IMG/VR virus record: IMGVR_UViG_3300047393_000086
Coordinates: 1-64,000 of that record
DNA length: 64,000 nucleotides
Source: a virus
Strand: one strand, 5' to 3'
Under the pieces are notes generated by a model. The model searched no databases. It saw only the letters and a list, made by a program, of their open reading frames with translations, and was not told the origin of the DNA. Of the stretch, positions 57,442 through 64,000 are shown in pieces; position 1 is the stretch's first letter; every line of letters begins with the position of its first letter. The translations under genes were made by a program, and so were the position numbers.

Positions 57442-58491
57442 TTACCTTTTTTGAAATTTGTTTATATTTTGATTAATTATTTCTCCATTTTCTATATCAA
57501 TGGATCTATTAATAACTAAATCTTCTTTCCATTTTTTAGGTTTCATGATAGTATCTAAGTATGGAAGTAATGCACTTGAAATTTCACGAGATGCTGCATT
57601 CCATAAATATGTTGGTGTATGGTCTACTGAATAGTATGAAATTCCTCTTTCTAATTTAATTATCGGTTCTTCAAAAGAGGTCGGAACTGCAAAAAAGAAT
57701 CCCATACCACTATCACAGCTAATATCTATTATTGCTGCATTTTTCTTTAAAGAATCTAATTGTTCTTGAGTTTCAATATAATTTAAGGGTGCATTGACGT
57801 TTTGTAAAATACCGTTAAAAATTATATCGGCATTATTTAGGTCTTTACTAAGATCGTCATTTTTAAAAGATTTATAGTATACATCTGGATTTTTATCAGC
57901 AACTAAATGAGATTCTCTTTGAGTGTATACTATAATATTGTTAAATCCACGACCTTGTAGAGCATATATAGCTCCTCTACTTACTGAACCATATCCTAAG
58001 ATTACTACGTTTTTTCTAGGACCATAATGTCCATCCATTCCTTTCAATTCTAAAAAGTGTAGAACTCCAGCGTATCCTGCTAATTCATTGTTACGATAGA
58101 AAATATGAAGTTTTCCATGCTTATTTTCAATATTCATTTCCTCCCATGCCAACAATGTAAGTTTTTTCCTAATAGCAAGATCCGTAATATCTCGTTGTTG
58201 GACTGCATGAGTCCATCCGCATAATATCCCTCCAAATTTCATTTTTTCAAGATCTGTTGCTATTGGTTTTGGAAGTATAATAATATCGCAATTATAAAGA
58301 GATTCTCTAGACCCTAAGGTACATCCCCAACTTTCTAGGTCAGCGTCAGTGTATCCATAATCCTCTCCATATCCATGTTCGAAGATTAATTCTTTAAGTA
58401 AAGATGGATCTATATTTTTAATATGATCAGGATAGATTGGTAATCTTTTCTCGTTCTCTTTATACGACGTTTTAAATACTCCTGTCTTCAT
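57442..58491 (-). CDS. N5-(carboxyethyl)ornithine synthase-like, AlaDh/PNT family
   Basis: KENEKRLP, E.GYG, GWTHAVQ, RNNELAGY.GV, GYGSV.RGA, DISCD, VDHTP. Confidence 0.8.
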   Translation of the reverse strand: MKTGVFKTSYKENEKRLPIYPDHIKNIDPSLLKELIFEHGYGEDYGYTDADLESWGCTLGSRESLYNCDIIILPKPIATDLEKMKFGGILCGWTHAVQQRDITDLAIRKKLTLLAWEEMNIENKHGKLHIFYRNNELAGYAGVLHFLELKGMDGHYGPRKNVVILGYGSVSRGAIYALQGRGFNNIIVYTQRESHLVADKNPDVYYKSFKNDDLSKDLNNADIIFNGILQNVNAPLNYIETQEQLDSLKKNAAIIDISCDSGMGFFFAVPTSFEEPIIKLERGISYYSVDHTPTYLWNAASREISSALLPYLDTIMKPKKWKEDLVINRSIDIENGEIINQNINKFQKR

Positions 58492-58495
58492 ATTG

Positions 58496-59587
58496 TTACT
58501 TAATATTAAAGAAGTATTTATATCCATCTTTTGCCTTAGGATCTGTTAATACAGTATAATCCATTGGCCATTGAGAAGATTCAATTTCTTTTTTGAATTT
58601 TGGATAGTAATTTTGGTGGCCAGGTACTACATATTTTAAATAAATATCCTCTAAGAATTCGTTGTCTAAAGATTCTCCATAAAAATCTTCGTACATTGCT
58701 TTGTAAACCTCACACATTTTAACACTTCCAAGTCCAGTTGCAGATGATGTTTCCATAATCCACATTTTTCCTTTTTTATCTACAACAATATCTAACGCCC
58801 ATAAATCTAGGTCTAAGAACGTTTTAATATCTTTACAGATTGACATTACATTTTCAATAAATTCAGGATCTACTTTGTTTTGGTCTTGATAAACATAAGT
58901 AAAACTGATTTTCTCTTCTGCTGTTTTTGTTTTAATTGAACGATCGTCCTCAATTCTCGGTACTCTTTCATTAATAACAAAAATCTTGTCTCTACACAAC
59001 ATTACTCTGTATTCTCTTGCAAAATCTATAAATTGACAGAATAAATCAAATTCGTCTTTGCTATCTTCTAATTCTTTGGCGCTATCAAACTTTTGAATTC
59101 CTAGTCCGCTATGTCCATCTTTTATTTTTGCAATTACTGGAAAACCAACATCTCCATTAATAGCCTCTTCTTTTGTAAAAACAGTATTTGGAAGCCAGTC
59201 AAATTTTGATGATGCTTTTGCAAATTTTACTTTGTCTCCTGAAAGTTGAAGCAATTCTCTTTTATTATAAAGATTGTCATTTTTAATTCCTTTATTTTTT
59301 AAAAACATCTCTGCTTCAGGGTGATTTGGTCCTCCAAATCCTCCATAATAAAGAATTGGTACATCAGAAGGTACCGAAACTTTATCATCTTCGAAATCTT
59401 CTTTTGTTGCGTAATTTAAGAATAGGTTACCTTTTGCGGCAATATTGTATTTCTTTTCGCGGCCATTAACATCACCTGAAGTTGCATGAATGTCGTTTGA
59501 CATCATAATCCATGCTACTTTTTTTGCGTATTTGTTTTTAAGATTTTCTTTGTATACGAATTCTTCAAAAAGCTTAATTGGAATCAT
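58496..59587 (-). CDS. RimK-like ATP-grasp ligase with N-terminal tag
   Basis: DKVKF, FPVIAK..GHSGLGI, QFID..EYRV, ALDIV..WIME; MIPIKLFEEF; late promoter at 59610. Confidence 0.75.
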   Translation of the reverse strand: MIPIKLFEEFVYKENLKNKYAKKVAWIMMSNDIHATSGDVNGREKKYNIAAKGNLFLNYATKEDFEDDKVSVPSDVPILYYGGFGGPNHPEAEMFLKNKGIKNDNLYNKRELLQLSGDKVKFAKASSKFDWLPNTVFTKEEAINGDVGFPVIAKIKDGHSGLGIQKFDSAKELEDSKDEFDLFCQFIDFAREYRVMLCRDKIFVINERVPRIEDDRSIKTKTAEEKISFTYVYQDQNKVDPEFIENVMSICKDIKTFLDLDLWALDIVVDKKGKMWIMETSSATGLGSVKMCEVYKAMYEDFYGESLDNEFLEDIYLKYVVPGHQNYYPKFKKEIESSQWPMDYTVLTDPKAKDGYKYFFNIK

Positions 59588-59632
59588 CTATAGTGTATTA
59601 TATTTCTATTATATATCCATCTTTTTAAACAT

Positions 59633-59664
59633 AAAAAAGCAGGGAGTAGCGAATTCCCTGCTTT
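59633..59664 (-). terminator. Intrinsic terminator after nrdA
   Basis: AAAGCAGGGA..TCCCTGCTTTTTT. Confidence 0.75.
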
Positions 59665-59722
59665 ACTTTCCGTGAACTAGTCCCGGTCCTAAAATGCAAT
59701 CGTATTTCAGATTGCCGTATTT

Positions 59723-61348
59723 TTATCCTTCACAGCTTGAACATTCAAGAATGTCTCTTGCAAATGATTGAGCTGAACTTTGACTAAATTGATAGTATAA
59801 AGTTTTAATCCCTTCTTCGTGAGCATATAGATATAGTGTATTAATATCTTTAGCTGAAACTGAAGGATGTATCATTAAATTTAACGACTGAGATTGGTCA
59901 ATAAAATGTTGTCTTTGAGCCGCTTGTAAAACTATTTCTTTTGGACTGATTTCAACAAATGATTTAAAAACTTCTTTTGTTGGAAAATCTAAATGTTGAA
60001 CGCTACCGTCTCTTTTTAAGATTCCTTCCCAAACATCTGGTGTATTTAAACCATATTTTTCAAGTTCTTCAATTAAGAAAGGATTTTTATAGATAGTTTT
60101 CGACTTTGCCAAATCTTTAATAAAATAATTAGACTTGATTGGTTCAATTCCCATACTTACCTGTCCTAAAATAAATGAACTACTTTTCGTTGGAGCAATT
60201 GCAATCAATGTTGTGTTTGCATATCCTGGTCGAATTGATCTATACCCTTTCTCATCATGTAACCATTTTGAAGCTTCTTCGCTCTTTTCTTTTAATGTTG
60301 AAAAGATTTCATGATTTAATTGTTTTGCTTGAAGTGAATCAAACGTAATTAATTTAGATTGAAACAACGAATGATAACCTAAAACTCCAAGTCCTAATGC
60401 TCTATGATCGTTTGCAAATCTCCATGCTCTTTTCATACCAGGCATGTTATATGATTTAAGAATGAATTCATCCATAACCGCGTTTAAGAACAAAGTGTAA
60501 ACTTCAATTGCATCAGTTTCTTTAATTTCATCCCAATGCAATAAGTTAATAGAACCTAAACAACATACAAAAGAATTGAATGAATCTGTTGGTAATTGAA
60601 TTTCACTACATAAATTACTTGCAGTAATATCAAGTCCTAATTCTTTGTATGGTGAATTGTTATTTGAGTTATCTTTAAACATGATGTAAGGAAAACCAAA
60701 CTCGTTACGTCTTTGAATAACTTTAGCCCAAACTTTACGTTTGTCAGCATCTCCAGCTTTCATTTCGTCTAACCAAGCGTCAGTTACTGTAACTCCATAT
60801 TGTAAATTTTGAATTGGATTACCATCAGTTCCAATGTCTAAAAATTCTAAAATATCACTATGTTCGATTGGTAACCATGCAGCGCATGCTCCTCTTCTTG
60901 CTTCTGATTGTTTACATACATCAACGGTGGTATCGTACATTCTGGCATAATGGACTGGTCCGTCTGCTGTTCCTCCTGTTGAGATTTTAGTTCCTCTTGC
61001 TCTAATGTTTCCTAAAAATACTGAAGTACCTCCTCCGTATTTCGACATCATTCCAATTTCTCTAGAACCATTTAAGATACTATCTAAAGTATCATCAACA
61101 TTGCTTCCATAACAACTAACTGGAAGTCCTTTATCTTTTCCATAATTGATCCAAACTGGAGTTGATAAACTATAAAAACCTCTTGTCATATAGTCCTCGA
61201 ACTTTTTTGCAAACCCTTCAATTTTTAATTGTTTTTCTGCAGTGTTTGCTACATCTTTAATTCGCTGTTCTGGAGATTCTTTAATATAACCTCTAGATAA
61301 AAATGTTCTACTGTCTTCATTTAGCCAGTAATTTTTTGTGTATTCCAT
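59723..61348 (-). CDS. nrdA: Ribonucleotide reductase class I alpha
   Basis: PVSC, GGG, RRGA, SNLCSEI, IAPTKSSS, KTLYY, C-terminal CSSCEG. Confidence 0.95.
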   Translation of the reverse strand: MEYTKNYWLNEDSRTFLSRGYIKESPEQRIKDVANTAEKQLKIEGFAKKFEDYMTRGFYSLSTPVWINYGKDKGLPVSCYGSNVDDTLDSILNGSREIGMMSKYGGGTSVFLGNIRARGTKISTGGTADGPVHYARMYDTTVDVCKQSEARRGACAAWLPIEHSDILEFLDIGTDGNPIQNLQYGVTVTDAWLDEMKAGDADKRKVWAKVIQRRNEFGFPYIMFKDNSNNNSPYKELGLDITASNLCSEIQLPTDSFNSFVCCLGSINLLHWDEIKETDAIEVYTLFLNAVMDEFILKSYNMPGMKRAWRFANDHRALGLGVLGYHSLFQSKLITFDSLQAKQLNHEIFSTLKEKSEEASKWLHDEKGYRSIRPGYANTTLIAIAPTKSSSFILGQVSMGIEPIKSNYFIKDLAKSKTIYKNPFLIEELEKYGLNTPDVWEGILKRDGSVQHLDFPTKEVFKSFVEISPKEIVLQAAQRQHFIDQSQSLNLMIHPSVSAKDINTLYLYAHEEGIKTLYYQFSQSSAQSFARDILECSSCEG

Positions 61349-61371
61349 TTAAGTTCGCTATGTTTTTTAAT

Positions 61372-62349
61372 TTAAAATAAGTCGTCTTCGGTAATTGCCT
61401 TAGACTTTTTGTTGTAGTCAATTGATTTTTTATAGAAGAAATCACCCTCTTTTGTTGAAAGAATTTCAACGTCAAACCATAAAGATTTCTCTACTTCTGT
61501 AAAATCAACTTCAAATACTGGTTTCATTCCAATTCTTTGTAAAGAATTATTGAAACGATTTTGAATAAATTGTTTGATTGTTTCTTTTGATAGAAAATCA
61601 AGTTCTCCCTTTTCGAAAATCCAATCAAGAATTTTAACCTCTGCTAAATATGCTTTTTTGCAAGCAGAATCTATAAGTTGTTCGAATTCCTCATCAAACC
61701 ATTCTGGATTTTCTCTCTTAATAATATTGATTAATTCAGAACCAAAGTTTCCGTGGATTTCCTCTTCTTTTGAAGTTGCTTCAACTACATTTGAAATACC
61801 TTTAAATAAGTTTTTCTCTTTGTTGAAAGACATCATAATAAAGAATTGGCTAAATAAACTAACATGCTCAATAAACAATGAAAATAATAATACGGATTTC
61901 GTATACATTTTATTGTCCTTACTTCTTGTACCGTCCAAATACTTTGACAAGTATGCAATTCTATCTTTAATTGCTGGAATCTCTACTACATGTTGAAATT
62001 CGTCTTCTAATCCTAGGATTCTTAATAATTGTGCGTAAGCATCTTTGTGTCTTACTTCAGATTCTGCAAATGTCATACCAACATCTCCAATTTCTGTGAT
62101 AGGCATTCTTTTATAAAGATCTGCCCAAAATGTTTTAACGTTAACTTCAATTTGAGCAATAGCTAACATTGCTCTTTTAATTACTTCACGCTCAGAATCA
62201 GATACTTTAGTCATAAAGTCATCAATATCTGTCGTAAAGTTAAATTCTGTGTGGATCCAGTATGAATGTCGGATCGCATCTTTGTATGCTAATAGGGAAG
62301 GGTATTCGTATGGTAAAATGTTTACTCTTTTTTCAAAAATGTTATTCAT
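61372..62349 (-). CDS. nrdB: Ribonucleotide reductase class I beta
   Basis: EVRHKDAY, EEEIH, DFF..K...Y.K. Confidence 0.95.
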   Translation of the reverse strand: MNNIFEKRVNILPYEYPSLLAYKDAIRHSYWIHTEFNFTTDIDDFMTKVSDSEREVIKRAMLAIAQIEVNVKTFWADLYKRMPITEIGDVGMTFAESEVRHKDAYAQLLRILGLEDEFQHVVEIPAIKDRIAYLSKYLDGTRSKDNKMYTKSVLLFSLFIEHVSLFSQFFIMMSFNKEKNLFKGISNVVEATSKEEEIHGNFGSELINIIKRENPEWFDEEFEQLIDSACKKAYLAEVKILDWIFEKGELDFLSKETIKQFIQNRFNNSLQRIGMKPVFEVDFTEVEKSLWFDVEILSTKEGDFFYKKSIDYNKKSKAITEDDLF

Positions 62350-62378
62350 GATTTGGAATTTCTTTTTTTGTTAGTTAT

Positions 62379-63776
62379 TTATCTAAGTCTTTTGGCTAGT
62401 TCGTCAGCTTTTGTAAAGTATTCATAAGAAGTTTTCTTATAATCTTTACGTTGCGCATATAAGTCACTTAATATCTTTCTAAGGATAGAATCTTCGGTCT
62501 TATATACTACTCCATTATCACATACAATTACGTTCTTGTCTTTACGTCTTTCATCAATTTCACTTTTATAAATCTTTTCAATGTAAGCATCGGGTGATAT
62601 ATTAAACTGACGCATAATTGAAGGATATAGTGAAGCAAAGTCAAATGCACTTACTCCTTCATAGAATCCTAAAATTGGTTCTTTTACAAATGCTCCAGCA
62701 TATTGGCCATCTTTTTGGCCATCTGCTTTTTCTTCACTTCCAATTCTCATTCCCTGTTCTGCGAGTTTTCTGGCCATAATAGCTTCAGTAACTGCCACTG
62801 GAGAACTTGCCTTATAAAGTGGCATGTTTGTAATATTTGCAAGTGTTAGTAGTACTTCCATTGATTTTAATTTCTGATCAATATAATAAACTAGCACTGA
62901 ATCGACTACGTTATAATAAATGTATTTAACAAAATTATCTCGATATAAATCTTGAAGAGATCCTGTAAATTTAATCTTGTTAACATTAAGTACTTGACTA
63001 GAAACATAATCAAGAGAATTGGATTCTTTTACCTTAACTGAACGATCGTATTTATCATACAATTGCATATAATCCAGAATTCCAATATGTAATGGACGAC
63101 CATCTGTATTATCAACAGATCCTGTCATTCCAACTTCGCTAATATTGATTTGAAGTCTTTTACAACGATTAACAATATATTGCCAGTCATAGTTAATAAA
63201 ATTCCATCCAGTCATCATTGGAAACTTAGGTAAGAATTTCATTAAGAATGTATTTACCATGTCATACTCTGATTTGAACTTATGGTACTTAAATTCCCAA
63301 TCCATATCAAAATCTTTGAAGTACTCATTAGTATCATCTTGAATCTTTTGAATTTTATCTGAAGCCATATCTTCAAGACCTAAAACGATTGCTTTACGGT
63401 CTGGTGTAATAATTGAGAATGAAAGGATTCTACTTTTAGCCTCTTCAGCTTTTGGAAATCCATCAACAATCTCAGTTTCAATATCGACGAAATAAGTTTT
63501 CGGCATATTGTAAGCTGTTAGGTCAGCTTTATCTTTCTCAGAAAGGCTATCTAAGAAATATAGGATCGAAAACTTGTTGAATTGTCTTCCATATCCTAAT
63601 TTGACCGAACGGCCGTCCCAGTTTTTATACTCTGGACTGGCCGCTCTGTCTTTGTCATCACAAACATACCAGTTTTGGAACTTGTCCACTGGATATTGTT
63701 TGAATGCTACTTCTCCTTTTTCATTGTAGTATGAAATGATTACATCTTTTTCACGCTGTTCGATGTCTAATATCAT
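62379..63776 (-). CDS. Family B DNA polymerase, N-terminal subunit (exonuclease plus motif A; gp43A-like)
   Basis: DIET ExoI, GWNF..YDW ExoII, YNVVDS ExoIII, DFASLYPSI motif A. Confidence 0.92.
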   Translation of the reverse strand: MILDIEQREKDVIISYYNEKGEVAFKQYPVDKFQNWYVCDDKDRAASPEYKNWDGRSVKLGYGRQFNKFSILYFLDSLSEKDKADLTAYNMPKTYFVDIETEIVDGFPKAEEAKSRILSFSIITPDRKAIVLGLEDMASDKIQKIQDDTNEYFKDFDMDWEFKYHKFKSEYDMVNTFLMKFLPKFPMMTGWNFINYDWQYIVNRCKRLQINISEVGMTGSVDNTDGRPLHIGILDYMQLYDKYDRSVKVKESNSLDYVSSQVLNVNKIKFTGSLQDLYRDNFVKYIYYNVVDSVLVYYIDQKLKSMEVLLTLANITNMPLYKASSPVAVTEAIMARKLAEQGMRIGSEEKADGQKDGQYAGAFVKEPILGFYEGVSAFDFASLYPSIMRQFNISPDAYIEKIYKSEIDERRKDKNVIVCDNGVVYKTEDSILRKILSDLYAQRKDYKKTSYEYFTKADELAKRLR

Positions 63777-64000
63777 TTAATATCCTCTTTTTTGACGGTT
63801 AACATTTTCTTCGGCTTTTGCGAAGTAATAATTGTATGCTGTTTTTGCATCTAATCCGATTGAAGATGCATAGTTTATAAAGAAGTGTAAAATATCTACC
63901 CATTCCATATAAAGTTCTTTTTTATCATCTTCAGAAAGGTCAGAGATTTTCATTGTTTCAAACTTTGAAAAGTCTTTTTTCCAATATTTCCATACTGCAT
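63777..64000 (-). CDS. dCTPase/dUTPase (gp56-like), C-terminal part
   Basis: Manual translation WKYWKK...ELYMEWVDILHFF...YFAKAEENVNRQKRGY*. Confidence 0.75.
   Translation of the reverse strand, partial: AVWKYWKKDFSKFETMKISDLSEDDKKELYMEWVDILHFFINYASSIGLDAKTAYNYYFAKAEENVNRQKRGY

Noticed and set aside
28284-61348. Inteins in terminase, helicase or NrdA
   Set aside because: Lengths are ordinary and no C...HN/C splice motifs were seen.
1-64000. CRISPR array
   Set aside because: The recurring intergenic repeats are dispersed promoter motifs, not regularly spaced repeat-spacer units.
1-64000. Stop-codon reassignment
   Set aside because: Core genes are full length in the standard code and no CTA/TCA/TTA suppressor tRNA was seen.

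Overview
A 64-kb AT-rich segment of a large T4-like (myovirus) phage genome, coded almost entirely on the minus strand. The host is probably Bacteroidota/Flavobacteriia, inferred from TAnnTTTA-type promoters, A-rich start contexts without Shine-Dalgarno sequences, and a lipoprotein with D-S/T repeats. Bases 1-5.9 kb are a tRNA array: 18 canonical tRNAs, about 9 aberrant tRNA-like elements, other structured RNAs and two homing endonucleases. Bases 5.9-20.7 kb are accessory genes: an Acb1/57B-like 2H phosphoesterase, a GNAT, an RNA ligase, split PNK halves, an ECF-type sigma, a NEIL1-like glycosylase, guanylate kinase and a nuclease. Bases 20.7-47.4 kb are the T4-like virion module (tape measure, tube, sheath, terminase, neck, major capsid, protease-scaffold, portal, gp2, gp4, gp55, gp15), interrupted at about 33.9-36.7 kb by replication genes gp62, rnh and gp44. 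Bases 48-64 kb carry replication and nucleotide genes (gp46/47, gp41, UvsX, split gp43, gp45, nrdAB, gp56-like). The main candidates for undescribed biology are: (1) a codon-diverse 45-aa leader peptide with alternative antiterminator/terminator hairpins at the head of the tRNA array, a putative tRNA-pool-sensing attenuator; (2) about 11 unrelated late proteins sharing an N-terminal MKxIKLFEEFxxE tag resembling the T4 capsid-targeting sequence; (3) a family of anticodon-remodelled tRNA-like RNAs; (4) a three-class promoter cascade matching two phage sigma factors. All calls were made by eye, without database searches.
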